A DNA stretch of 64,000 nucleotides from a virus, in the IMG/VR virus record IMGVR_UViG_3300038393_002936; one strand, written 5' to 3'. Position 1 is the stretch's first letter. Each line of letters opens with the position of its first letter. The notes beneath the pieces are model-generated. The model was not told where the DNA came from, did not search any database, and saw nothing but the letters and a program-made list of their open reading frames with translations. The translations under genes and the position numbers were made by a program. Shown piece by piece: positions 46,373 to 56,091 of the stretch.

Positions 46373-46476
46373 GGGCACACCTCCCTCTCCTGCCGGAACT
46401 GCGTTCCGGTCGCCAAAGGTGACTATGGAAGCTTCGCTCCCGTCGGCGGAGCCAACTGCCGAAAGGTGTCCCACAC

Positions 46477-46923
46477 ATGCAGGTGACCGGTCTGGACTTT
46501 CGCACTTACAAATTGGACTTGGCCCGGAAGGTGGTAGTAGCGGACACTCGCGTGCGTTCCTCGGGGCATCTGGAAGCCCGCCGCTTGTTGGTCGAGCTCT
46601 ACCCCTTCGACCCCCCGCACGAAGAGGTATCATTGCCGGGGTGCCAGCGACCGCTGTATCTGGATTTTTTGCTGCCGACCCGGAAGCTGGCCGTCGAGGT
46701 CCAGGGCGTTCAGCACCGGCAGTTCACCCCCCACTTTCACGGCTCGCAAGCCAAGTTCCGCGAGCAGGTCCACCGCGACCGGCTCAAGGTTCAGTTTTGC
46801 GAACTCAACGGCATTGTTCTGGTGCATTTACATGACGATAGGCGAGAGGGATGGGCCGGACAACTCCGCAACGCCTGGCTGGCTGGCTCTCCAGCACCAG
46901 AGGCTGGACCAGTGGGAACTTGA
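46477..46923 (+). CDS. DUF559/Vsr-like endonuclease
   Basis: YLDF...LAVEVQG.QH...D..K..FC..NG. Confidence 0.75.
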   Translation: MQVTGLDFRTYKLDLARKVVVADTRVRSSGHLEARRLLVELYPFDPPHEEVSLPGCQRPLYLDFLLPTRKLAVEVQGVQHRQFTPHFHGSQAKFREQVHRDRLKVQFCELNGIVLVHLHDDRREGWAGQLRNAWLAGSPAPEAGPVGT

Positions 46924-47350
46924 CGTGGGTTTACCCACCCTTCAGGTCCCCCTCATCAAGGACGAGGCCGTTCGACTACTAGAGCTGACCCCGGACGACC
47001 GCCGCAGGCTGTCCGGAGAAGAGCTGGCCGACGCCGCGGTGACCTTGAGTATGTACGCGACGTACCTTTCGAGATTGGCCCAGAGGGAGGAAGCTGACGC
47101 AGTCCTGCTCGATGAACGGGTAGTCTCGTTGTTACGATGTTCGCTTGCGAACCAGCCGGCTTACACCCCGCACGAACGGCGGGTTCTGGCACTGAACCAG
47201 AGCGTCGAAGCTCGGGCGACTGACCTTCAACGGGTTGGGGCCTCGGTGAAGGCCAAGCGGCTCGCGTTCTTTGCCGCTCGCGTGGACCGGGTAGCCCAGT
47301 CATACGAGCGGCTTGCTTATTCGAGGAGAGGGGAACGACATGGCCAGTAA
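46814..47350 (+). CDS. hypothetical helical protein
   Basis: ORF in operon; start uncertain. Confidence 0.5.
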   Translation: MFWCIYMTIGERDGPDNSATPGWLALQHQRLDQWELDVGLPTLQVPLIKDEAVRLLELTPDDRRRLSGEELADAAVTLSMYATYLSRLAQREEADAVLLDERVVSLLRCSLANQPAYTPHERRVLALNQSVEARATDLQRVGASVKAKRLAFFAARVDRVAQSYERLAYSRRGERHGQ

Positions 47351-47966
47351 GAAACCGACCGTGGCGGAACTGAAAGAGAAAATCCGCCATAGTATCGAAG
47401 CGGGTCGAATGGGTGATGCCCTGGAGGCGACAGAAGAGCTCGCAAAGCTCGCGGGAACTTCACCTCCCAAGAAAAAGGCGGCGGCCAAACCGAAGAGGTC
47501 GGCACCCAAAAAAAGCCGCGAGGCTGGGGCGAAGCCCCAGAAGCCCCAGAAGGCTATCGACCTACCTGACCTCGATACGACCGGGGCCGTCCTGCTTGAT
47601 ATTCCCAGTTCGACAAAGTCGAACAAGCCGGATATCGCCGACCAGTTCCGTGTGCAACCAAACCCCACGGCTCCCGACGGCCGCAAGTTTATGACCTCCG
47701 GAAAGGTCCAGACTGGCGTCAAAAAGAACACGTTCAGACCCAACAAAAAGGATGCGGTCAAGGAGCTGGAAGAGGACCGCCAGTTCTGGGAAGGGAAGGA
47801 GCCAACCTCTCGCGGCGACCGGGGCGAGGTGGATGTCCGCAGGGTGAAGGTTAAATGTGATAGATGCGAACGCACGTACGAGGCCGAGCCCTGGGACGTG
47901 GACCGACGGGTGGCGGGCGACGACGAGCGGATGGACAACGTGTGTCCGCGGTGCTTTCGTTCCTGA
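47340..47966 (+). CDS. Lys-rich hypothetical protein with C-terminal zinc ribbon
   Basis: GAGGGG RBS; CDRC...CPRC. Confidence 0.6.
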   Translation: MASKKPTVAELKEKIRHSIEAGRMGDALEATEELAKLAGTSPPKKKAAAKPKRSAPKKSREAGAKPQKPQKAIDLPDLDTTGAVLLDIPSSTKSNKPDIADQFRVQPNPTAPDGRKFMTSGKVQTGVKKNTFRPNKKDAVKELEEDRQFWEGKEPTSRGDRGEVDVRRVKVKCDRCERTYEAEPWDVDRRVAGDDERMDNVCPRCFRS

Positions 47967-47985
47967 CTGTTCTGGAGAACAGTAA

Positions 47986-49443
47986 ATGCCTGATGAGCTT
48001 TGCGACGTCTGGTCTGAGCGGGCAATTTTGGGGGCCTGCTTCCGGTACGGAGCAGATGTCTTTATTGACGTGGACGATTTGGTTACCGACCGCTCGTTCA
48101 CGGTTGATAGCAATAGGACCATCTTCAAGTGCCTGCGACACCTGTTCGGCCAGGACCCCGAATGCGTGCCGGATGTCCCGTCGATTTTATCCGCAGCTCG
48201 GGCCATCGGACTTGAAACGGTGTTTGAGGACGCGGAAGAACTCAAGCATCTGCGGGCGGTTCTGAATACGCCGGTCGAAAAAAACAATGCTCGCAAGCTC
48301 GCGGCGAAGGTCCGCAAGCTGGAAGTCGCTCGGGCCGGGCTCGAAATCGGCGACCAAATCAAGGACGGGCTGCTGAAGGTCACCGGGGACGAGTCGGTCG
48401 CGGCCATCCTGAACCTGCTCGAGGCCCCCGTCTTCGAATTCGTTAACGGTCTCGCCAAGGACCAGCAGGACGGCCCGAAACCCATCGGGGCCGACATCGA
48501 CCTGTTCCTGGCCCACCTGGAGCAGCATCCAGTTGACCAGATGGGGCTGCCTCTGGGCCTGCCGAACTGGGAACGGGCAGTCGGGGGCGGAGCCAGGCCG
48601 GGCACACTGAACGTGTTCGGAGCTCGTCCAAAAACCGGGAAAACTTCCCTGGGTTTGAATATTGGAAGGTTTGTTGCCTCGCAGTTGAATTTGCCTGTCC
48701 TCTACCTCGATACGGAGATGACCGACAAGGACCACAAGGTCAAGATGCTGGCCGCCCTGTCCGGGGTCCCCATGAAGACCATCGAGACGGGCAAGTTCGC
48801 GAGCACGGAGGAGGGACGACAGAAGGTGGCGGCAGCGGCCGACGTTATCCGCCCGATGCCGTACGAGCCACTGAGCATCGCCGGGCAGCCGTTCGAGGAG
48901 ACCGTGGCGATTATGCGGCGGTGGCTGGTCCGCCGGGTTGGGCTCGGGTCGGACGGCAAGGCCAAGCCCTGCCTGATTATTTTTGATTATCTGAAGCTGA
49001 TGGAGGCCTCGGGGCTCTCGAAGCACCTCCAGGAGTTCCAATTACTGGGCTTCATCATGACCGGCCTGCACAACTTCGCGGTCAAGTATGGGGTGCCCAT
49101 TGTCCTGTTTGTCCAGCTCAACCGGGACGGCATTGAGGCCGAAAACTCGACGGCCGCTTCCGGCTCGGACCGCATCATTTGGCTGTGCAGCAACTTCACG
49201 ATTTTCAAGCCGTTGACCGACGAAGAAATGGCCGACCAAACGGGCCGCAAAAAAAAGTTCAACCGCAAGTTCAAGGTCTCGGAATGTCGTCATGGGCCCG
49301 GACTCGACGGAGATGATTTTATTTACGTGGACTTCCAGCGGGACTGCTGCCTGATTACCGAGGGCCCCACGGTCAACCAGCTGCGGGCGAGCGACCCGAC
49401 CAAACCGTTCTCGGTCGATGGGGGTGCGGATGTCGCGTTCTAG
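47986..49443 (+). CDS. dnaB: replicative DNA helicase
   Basis: SERAILG; GARPKTGKT; FDYLKLM; QLNR. Confidence 0.93.
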   Translation: MPDELCDVWSERAILGACFRYGADVFIDVDDLVTDRSFTVDSNRTIFKCLRHLFGQDPECVPDVPSILSAARAIGLETVFEDAEELKHLRAVLNTPVEKNNARKLAAKVRKLEVARAGLEIGDQIKDGLLKVTGDESVAAILNLLEAPVFEFVNGLAKDQQDGPKPIGADIDLFLAHLEQHPVDQMGLPLGLPNWERAVGGGARPGTLNVFGARPKTGKTSLGLNIGRFVASQLNLPVLYLDTEMTDKDHKVKMLAALSGVPMKTIETGKFASTEEGRQKVAAAADVIRPMPYEPLSIAGQPFEETVAIMRRWLVRRVGLGSDGKAKPCLIIFDYLKLMEASGLSKHLQEFQLLGFIMTGLHNFAVKYGVPIVLFVQLNRDGIEAENSTAASGSDRIIWLCSNFTIFKPLTDEEMADQTGRKKKFNRKFKVSECRHGPGLDGDDFIYVDFQRDCCLITEGPTVNQLRASDPTKPFSVDGGADVAF

Positions 49444-50587
49444 CCATCACCGCTTCTCGGATGTCGACCATGCGAGACTGAGTCTCTTGGGAGAACTCGC
49501 GTCCTACAAGACCGATGAGCTACTGACGCAACTGGACGTGCGGTGTCGGCGAACTGGCAAGTTGTACCTGGGTCCCTGCCCTGTTCATGACGGCGACCGG
49601 GCAAACGGCTGGAATTTTTACCCGGACGGGCACACGACGCGGGGCGTTTGGTATTGCCGGACCCGCGAGTGCCACAAGACGTTCGTCGGGGACATCCCGG
49701 GCTTGGTCCGCGGGATTCTGTCCCGGCGGGACCTGGGGTGGGAACCGGGGAGCCGCAAGCTTGTCCCGATGACGGAAGTCATCCAGTACCTGTGCGGGTT
49801 CGTCGGCCAGAGCTGGGACAGTCTCAAGGCAGACCTGGTGGCGGCCGAGAAGCGGCGGTTCGTGGCGGACATGGCGGTCCTGGGGCGGGCGGTAGAGACG
49901 CGAAGTGAGGGCTGGGACCCCAAGGTCGCCCGGGACCGGCTGTCGATTCCCTCCCAATATTTTTTGAAGCGGGGGTGTTCCCGCGAGGTTCTCGAGCGGT
50001 ATCTGGTGGGCGAATCCCGCGCGACGGACCCTGGTGCCGAGATGTATCAGAGGGCGGTGGTCCCCATTTTTGACCGGGAAGGCCGGCGGGTGGTCGGGGG
50101 GACTGGACGCAGTGTGTGGGAGTGCTGCGCACGCTGTCGCCTCTGGCACAATCCCGAAGAGGGTTGTCCGTCCGGTGCGACGAGCGAAGCGAGAAGCACC
50201 AAGTGGAGACATAGCCGCGGATTCCCCGTCGAGCACACGCTGTATAACTGGTGGGCGGCTCGCGAGCCGATTCGGACCCTGGGGCGGGTGGTCCTGGTCG
50301 AGGGCCCGCTCGATGTGCTCAAGCTCGAGATGGCCGGGGTGCGAAACTCGGTCGCCCTCTTCGGGGTGAATCTCAGCGACCCCCAGCAGGTTTTGCTGGA
50401 AGGCTCCGGGGCCCACACGGTCATCCCCCTCCTGGACTCGGACCCCGCGGGGGCGGCCGGACGGGCGAACCTTATCAAGGAACTGCGTCGGTCGTTCCGG
50501 GTTCGGGCAGTTGAACTGCCGGGTAAGGACCCCGGGGATATGACTGCCGAACAGATTCGGGCCGAGCTAATTCCCCTGATTTCTTAG
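49430..50587 (+). CDS. dnaG: DNA primase (zinc-binding domain plus TOPRIM)
   Basis: CPVH.GD...YC...C; LVEGPLD; LDSDPAG. Confidence 0.88.
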   Translation: MSRSSHHRFSDVDHARLSLLGELASYKTDELLTQLDVRCRRTGKLYLGPCPVHDGDRANGWNFYPDGHTTRGVWYCRTRECHKTFVGDIPGLVRGILSRRDLGWEPGSRKLVPMTEVIQYLCGFVGQSWDSLKADLVAAEKRRFVADMAVLGRAVETRSEGWDPKVARDRLSIPSQYFLKRGCSREVLERYLVGESRATDPGAEMYQRAVVPIFDREGRRVVGGTGRSVWECCARCRLWHNPEEGCPSGATSEARSTKWRHSRGFPVEHTLYNWWAAREPIRTLGRVVLVEGPLDVLKLEMAGVRNSVALFGVNLSDPQQVLLEGSGAHTVIPLLDSDPAGAAGRANLIKELRRSFRVRAVELPGKDPGDMTAEQIRAELIPLIS

Positions 50588-50611
50588 TGACCTATCCACG
50601 GAGTAGTTTTA

Positions 50612-51118
50612 GTGTCGACAAAACGACTACTCGTTGTCGGACATGGCAGGGCAGGCAAAGATACGGCCCTCGAGCACTTGGCCCTCATTACCGGGCTCAA
50701 GAATGCCGGAACGACCAGCCTGTACTTGGCCAAGTACGTAGCCGAAGCCCTTGGAGTTCCAAAGGAACTCGCGTACGCCGAACGCCACCAGAACCGCGAG
50801 ATATGGAAACGAATTGGCGATGAAATCCGCCAAGACGACCCCACAAAGCTGATTCGCGAGGCGTTGGCGGTTGGGCCATTGACGGGCGGGGTGCGGGATA
50901 TTGCGGAGGTCGCCGCGGCTCGGGCCGAAGGGCTATTCGACCTCATTGTGTGGGTTCAAAACGACCGAGTCCCACCAGACCCCACGGTGACATTCACCGA
51001 GCGTGAGTGCGACGTGGTGATTCAGAATAATTGGGGTCTGTGTGAGTTCAAGAAGCGGCTGGAAAATATGGCGAAGTTTGGCGGATTTCTTTCGAGTCGG
51101 GATTTTCTTCACAGGTGA
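50612..51118 (+). CDS. P-loop deoxynucleoside monophosphate kinase-like protein
   Basis: VVGHGRAGKDT; VRD..E. Confidence 0.7.
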   Translation: MSTKRLLVVGHGRAGKDTALEHLALITGLKNAGTTSLYLAKYVAEALGVPKELAYAERHQNREIWKRIGDEIRQDDPTKLIREALAVGPLTGGVRDIAEVAAARAEGLFDLIVWVQNDRVPPDPTVTFTERECDVVIQNNWGLCEFKKRLENMAKFGGFLSSRDFLHR

Positions 51119-51130
51119 GCGGAGCGGACC

Positions 51131-51368
51131 CATGAACCACATCAACAATTTGCCCGTCGGGCTTCGTGAGGCCCTTAAGGATTACGCGACTCGTAAACGA
51201 GTCTTGGAACTGGCCGAGAAGGAATTGCAGGAGGCCCGGGACTGGGTTGAACAGTGTGTCGATACGCTCGACGGTCGCACGGTCGTGAATTACCTGGGCG
51301 TGGCCTACACGCTCGACCCGACCGACCGGTTTGTTCCATTTTCGGACGACGGAGGGAGTTCGCGATGA
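51131..51368 (+). CDS. hypothetical protein
   Basis: GGAG RBS; ATGA overlap. Confidence 0.5.
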
Positions 51369-51523
51369 CTTGGGGTGAGTTCAAGCAATACTTGGCCGAC
51401 CACGACGTGAAGGACTCGGACCCCATCTGGTATATAGACATTTCCCTGCCGGAACTCGAGAGTGTGACGAGGGAACCGACCGTAGTGGTTGACACCCAAC
51501 TGGGGGTTGGGGTACACAATTGA
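51365..51523 (+). CDS. small hypothetical protein
   Basis: MTWGEFKQYL...; overlaps both neighbours. Confidence 0.45.
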   Translation: MTWGEFKQYLADHDVKDSDPIWYIDISLPELESVTREPTVVVDTQLGVGVHN

Positions 51524-52551
51524 TTATCACATACCTGAGAAGTTCCTCGTATGGCACTTACTCCCTTTGCCCCTTCCAGTTCTATCTTAACTATACTTTA
51601 GGTATCCAACAGAAGCCGAATTTTAAGACTGAGAAGGGCTCAATTGTTCACAAGGCTCTCGAACTCCTGGCCCACCGCAAGGTGTGCGAACAGGGGGGAT
51701 TGGCTGGATTCCGAGAGGACGAGCTCGGCCGCCAGTTCTGGGCCGAAGATATCAGTGTCGAGGCTGCGGTCGAAGCAGCCTGGCGGCATTACACGCACTT
51801 CAACGAAAGTGGGCACAATTGGCCACGGGCAGATTACGACGACTGCTTGCGGTGGACCCGGGACGTGGTCGAGTTCAACGATGGGTGTTTTAATCCGCTA
51901 AACCGACACATTGTTTGTCCGGAGCAATATTTCGACCTAACGGTCGATGAGCCCTGGGCTCGGTACGAATACACCGACCCGTTCACGGGTAAAAAACTGG
52001 TGGGCCAACTGGCCGTCAAAGGTAGTATTGACCTGATTACGGAAGTGAACCAGGGTGTTCTCGAGTATCTAGACTGGAAGTCGGGCCGGCTCTGGGATTG
52101 GGCTAAGGACAAGCCAAAAGAGTACAAGGACCTATACGAGGACCCCCAACTTCTTCTTTATTTTTATGCCCTCAGCCGGCTTTACCCCCAATACCGGACC
52201 ACGCTGGTGACCATCTTTTTCGCCCAGGTTCGAATGCCGTTTACTATCCCATTTAACCGGGAAGTCGACGTGCCGCGGGCGCTCGACATGCTCCGAAAGC
52301 GGTTCGAGCTAATTCGCCACGACAACAAGCCGGCACGAATCATGGACGACCCGGCGAAGCGGTGGAAGTGTGGCAGTTTCTGCTACTTCGGTCGCAATAA
52401 ATATAAGGAGTCGAGCGACAGCATTTGCAATGTGGTCCACAAAGATGTCGTGAAGCTGGGTCTGGAACGGGCAATGGTAAAACACGGACGATTTAACGCT
52501 TATAAGAATTACGGCAGCGGCGGCGGCCAATCTAATCGGGAGACGGTATGA
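51520..52551 (+). CDS. PD-(D/E)XK Cas4/RecB-like exonuclease
   Basis: S.SS...CP; KGSIDL...DWKSG; QL..Y; C..CYF. Confidence 0.88.
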   Translation: MIITYLRSSSYGTYSLCPFQFYLNYTLGIQQKPNFKTEKGSIVHKALELLAHRKVCEQGGLAGFREDELGRQFWAEDISVEAAVEAAWRHYTHFNESGHNWPRADYDDCLRWTRDVVEFNDGCFNPLNRHIVCPEQYFDLTVDEPWARYEYTDPFTGKKLVGQLAVKGSIDLITEVNQGVLEYLDWKSGRLWDWAKDKPKEYKDLYEDPQLLLYFYALSRLYPQYRTTLVTIFFAQVRMPFTIPFNREVDVPRALDMLRKRFELIRHDNKPARIMDDPAKRWKCGSFCYFGRNKYKESSDSICNVVHKDVVKLGLERAMVKHGRFNAYKNYGSGGGQSNRETV

Positions 52552-52760
52552 GCCTGACCCTAGTTGAAATCGACGGCGGATGGTCCGGTCTTTACCAAGA
52601 CGGCGTCCTGAAAGTCGAAGGCCCCTTTATTACGGCTCAAGACCTGGCAGCCCTCGCCGGGATTCCGCTCGAAGTTCGCGAAGTGTCCGAACAGTTTTTG
52701 TTGAACAACGGCGGCTTACCGCTCAATCTGGCCCTGGTTTCTGACTCTCATAAGGAATAG
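52548..52760 (+). CDS. hypothetical protein
   Basis: ATGA overlap. Confidence 0.5.
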   Translation: MSLTLVEIDGGWSGLYQDGVLKVEGPFITAQDLAALAGIPLEVREVSEQFLLNNGGLPLNLALVSDSHKE

Positions 52761-52763
52761 TAA

Positions 52764-53255
52764 ATGGACCTCGATACTTTTCAGGCCAAGGTTCGCGAGA
52801 CGGCGGCTTACCCCAGCGAAGCTTCGGTGGTTTACCCCGTGCTGGGCCTGGCGGGGGAAGCCGGTGAGGTCGCTGAAAAAGTCCGGGCTGCCCTCTTCCC
52901 TGCCGGACCTCCGACCGACTGGTCAGATATTTCCTGCCTGTTGAAGGAGCTCTACCGGTCATTAACCGAGGCTATGAACGCCGGCCGCCAGTGCGAACAC
53001 CTCAAGAAGCGACTGCGGGACCGCACGGACAAGCTCCCACGGGGGTTCCTGGACGCTTTGGCCGGACTGGTTTCCCAGATTTCCGAGGATGCCAAGGTCG
53101 GAATCTTGAAGGAAGTCGGCGATGTGTGCTGGTACGGGCCTTCGGTCATCCACGACGTAGGTTCGACTCTCGAGAAGGTCTGTCAGGAGTTACTCGACAA
53201 GCTGGCCTCGCGGAAGGCTCGCGGGGTGATTGGGGGGTCGGGCGACAACAGGTGA
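52764..53255 (+). CDS. MazG-like pyrophosphohydrolase with internal insertion
   Basis: LGLAGEAGEVAEKV; KEVGDVCWY. Confidence 0.8.
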   Translation: MDLDTFQAKVRETAAYPSEASVVYPVLGLAGEAGEVAEKVRAALFPAGPPTDWSDISCLLKELYRSLTEAMNAGRQCEHLKKRLRDRTDKLPRGFLDALAGLVSQISEDAKVGILKEVGDVCWYGPSVIHDVGSTLEKVCQELLDKLASRKARGVIGGSGDNR

Positions 53256-53296
53256 ACGAAGTTCACTTCCGGCAGGAGAGGGACATGGGACATCTC

Positions 53297-53323
53297 TTGA
53301 CCTTCCCTGCCGGACACTATAAT
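53297..53323 (+). promoter_or_regulatory. promoter whose spacer is occupied by the dispersed motif
   Basis: TTGACC-ttccctgccggacac-TATAAT (15-nt spacer). Confidence 0.5.
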
Positions 53324-53342
53324 ATGAACTGTATAAAGACTC

Positions 53343-54047
53343 GTGACAAGCGGAGAACAGGCGGTGTCGGCATTTCTTGAGCCCGAGCAGATTGAACGCT
53401 TTTGGTCCAAGGTCAACAAGTCGCCTGGACTTGGCCCAAATGGCGACTGTTGGCATTGGACAGCGGGAAAGAAAAACTTAGAAGGCTATGGTGGTTTTTA
53501 TCTTAAACAAATTGACAATACTATTAATTGCCACAAGCTTTCGTTTCTTTTGGCTCACAACTTCGGCCTTGAAGATATTCCGAATTCCGTCGTTGTTCGC
53601 CACTTATGCAACAATCCTATCTGTGTAAACCCAGCACATTTGGTTCTGGGCACCTACAAAGACAACAGTCAAGATATGGTGGCTGCCGGAAACGCCAGGA
53701 GCGGAGAAGGCAACTGCAATGCCAAACTGACCGAATTGCTAGTTGCGGAAATCCGAGAACTCTGGGACACCGGTAAGTGGTCCAAAGGTTCCTTGGCCGA
53801 TAAATTCGGTGTTACGACGTCAGCCATTGGAAATATTGTGACGAATAAAACATGGAAGGACCCCAATTACTCTCCACGAAAATTCGCAGAAAACGGGAAT
53901 CACCGCTGGAAGTACGGCCAGCAGGTAATCGATGAGGTGAGAGAGTTAAGAGACAGTGGCAAGAGCTACGGCCAAATTTCTGCCATCACTGGGGTAAGCA
54001 AATCGCAGATTTCCAATATTATTCGCGGTCGACAACGAAAAGGATAA
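53343..54047 (+). CDS. HNH homing endonuclease with HTH domains
   Basis: RFWSKV...CW.W; VRHLCNNP.CVNP.HL..GT..DN. Confidence 0.9.
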   Translation: MTSGEQAVSAFLEPEQIERFWSKVNKSPGLGPNGDCWHWTAGKKNLEGYGGFYLKQIDNTINCHKLSFLLAHNFGLEDIPNSVVVRHLCNNPICVNPAHLVLGTYKDNSQDMVAAGNARSGEGNCNAKLTELLVAEIRELWDTGKWSKGSLADKFGVTTSAIGNIVTNKTWKDPNYSPRKFAENGNHRWKYGQQVIDEVRELRDSGKSYGQISAITGVSKSQISNIIRGRQRKG

Positions 54048-54051
54048 TAAT

Positions 54052-56091
54052 ATGACATATGTCCCACTGCATTGTCATACAATGCTCTCCTTGCTCGACG
54101 GACTTTCCAAGCCCCACCAGGTGGCCGCTCGAACCCGGCATATTGGTGCTCCGGCTTGTGCAATCACTGACCACGGGAATGTTTCAGGGGTTCCGGCCTT
54201 TCAAAAGGCAATGTCGGCTGCTTGCAAGCACTGCGGAAACCAGCCCGACCGACACGCAGACGGCGGCAAGGGCCCGTGCGTACTCAAGGGAGTCGAATGC
54301 CCCGGCTACGAGAAGGCCCCGCTCAAAGCCATCCTGGGCGAAGAGTTCTATTTGTGCAAACAGAGCGCAACCCAGCGGGACAACGAGAACCGCTCGCTTT
54401 CGCACCTGTGTGTCCTGGCCAAGAACAAGGACGGCTGGCGGAATCTGGTCCAGGCGTCGACCGCGTCCAACCGGCCCGAGCATTATTATTACAAGCCGCG
54501 TCTGAGCCTCACCGAACTGGCGGCGTTCGCGAAGGGGAACTGGGTCACCTTCAGTGGCCACCCCGGCTCGGACTTGGCCAACATCTGCTTTGCAGACCCC
54601 AAGGCCGCGTATGGGGCCCGGACTTACGAGGAGGCTCGCGGTTTCGTCAAGGACCAGCGGTCGCTCAAGAAGGACGTGACGGACTTGGCCGGGCTCTATC
54701 GGGAACTGTTCGGCCCCGACAACTTTTTCCTCGAAATTCAGCTGATTGACCACCAGAACTGCCCGGCCGCCGGCATCGTCGCGAGCATCCTCCGGGACAT
54801 CAGCCGCCGAACCGGCATCCCCTGTGTGGCCACTCCGGACGCTCACTATCCCACCAAGGAAGATGCCAAGGACCAGCGAGTCCTTTTGTGCTCGGCTATC
54901 GACACGACGCTGGCCGAGGCCGAACGCAAGCTGGCGGCCGGCGAAGATATCGGTCTGGGCGGCTTCTTCCGCTCGAACCGCTATCACATTCCGTCTTACG
55001 AGGAGATGGCTGAAGCAGGTCAGACAGCCGAGGAGTTGGCAAACACGCTCCGAATCGCCGAGATGTGCGAGCCGTACGACATCTTGAAGCCGCCTCAACT
55101 TCCGCGGTTCGAATGTCCGGCAGGGAAGTCACCAGACCAGTACCTGCGGGAGATTTGCCGGGACGGCTGGAACCGGAAGGTCGAACCGCTGCTCGCGAGG
55201 GGACAGGGGAGTCGGGCAGAATACTCGGCCCGCATCCGGGAAGAACTAGCGACGTTGACCGAGGTCGGGCTTGCCCCCTATTTCCTGATTGTCCGCGATT
55301 ACAACAAGTACGCCCAGGAGGTGCTCGGGTGTCCGAAAGACCCGGGGCGGGGGTCGGCCGCCGGCTGCCTCGTCAGCTACCTGGCCGACATTACAGATAC
55401 GGACCCTGTACTATATGAACTATCGTTTGTTAGATTTTTTAATAGAGGGAGGCACTCCCCCGAACACGGCCGGTACGCCATGCCCGACATCGACAGCGAC
55501 TTTCCCTCGGGCAAACGGGACCAAATCATCGAGTATGTGCGGACCAAGTACGGGGACGAACACGTGGCCCAGATGGCGACGTTCGCCGAGCTCCAGGGCC
55601 GCGAGGCCATCACGGCGGTCTTGCGGGCTCACTCGTGGGGCTCGTTCGAGGACCGCAAAAAAGTCACGGCGGCCATCCCGGACAAGGCGGCCATCTCGGA
55701 CGAACTCCAGGACATGATGGAAGAAGAAGGCGAGGCCTCGAGCATTCGCTGGACCCTCGAGAATAAACCCGACGCCCTCCGCGAATATTGCACGCTGAAC
55801 GAAGACGGGACCCTGGAGGGGCCACTCGCCGCCCACTTCGAACAGGCGATGCGGCTGGAGGGTAACAAGAAGAGCCAGGGGCGGCACCCGTCCGGAATCG
55901 TCATCTCGCCGACCCCGCTCCGGGATGAGGTCCCGATGGTCTACGACAAGAGCACCAAGCGGATGGTGACAGGGTTCGACATGCACGGGGTCGAGGCCGC
56001 CGGAATTCTCAAGTTCGACATTCTGGCAACACGCGCGTCCGATAAAATTTTGGACGCCTGCGTCGGGGCCCGAACCGGGAGGGTTTCTTGA
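54052..56091 (+). CDS. dnaE: DNA polymerase III alpha, N-terminal half (PHP plus palm/thumb)
   Basis: HCHT..S.LDG; ITDHG; GRGSAAG; PDIDSDF; RHPSG; KFDIL. Confidence 0.93.
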   Translation: MTYVPLHCHTMLSLLDGLSKPHQVAARTRHIGAPACAITDHGNVSGVPAFQKAMSAACKHCGNQPDRHADGGKGPCVLKGVECPGYEKAPLKAILGEEFYLCKQSATQRDNENRSLSHLCVLAKNKDGWRNLVQASTASNRPEHYYYKPRLSLTELAAFAKGNWVTFSGHPGSDLANICFADPKAAYGARTYEEARGFVKDQRSLKKDVTDLAGLYRELFGPDNFFLEIQLIDHQNCPAAGIVASILRDISRRTGIPCVATPDAHYPTKEDAKDQRVLLCSAIDTTLAEAERKLAAGEDIGLGGFFRSNRYHIPSYEEMAEAGQTAEELANTLRIAEMCEPYDILKPPQLPRFECPAGKSPDQYLREICRDGWNRKVEPLLARGQGSRAEYSARIREELATLTEVGLAPYFLIVRDYNKYAQEVLGCPKDPGRGSAAGCLVSYLADITDTDPVLYELSFVRFFNRGRHSPEHGRYAMPDIDSDFPSGKRDQIIEYVRTKYGDEHVAQMATFAELQGREAITAVLRAHSWGSFEDRKKVTAAIPDKAAISDELQDMMEEEGEASSIRWTLENKPDALREYCTLNEDGTLEGPLAAHFEQAMRLEGNKKSQGRHPSGIVISPTPLRDEVPMVYDKSTKRMVTGFDMHGVEAAGILKFDILATRASDKILDACVGARTGRVS

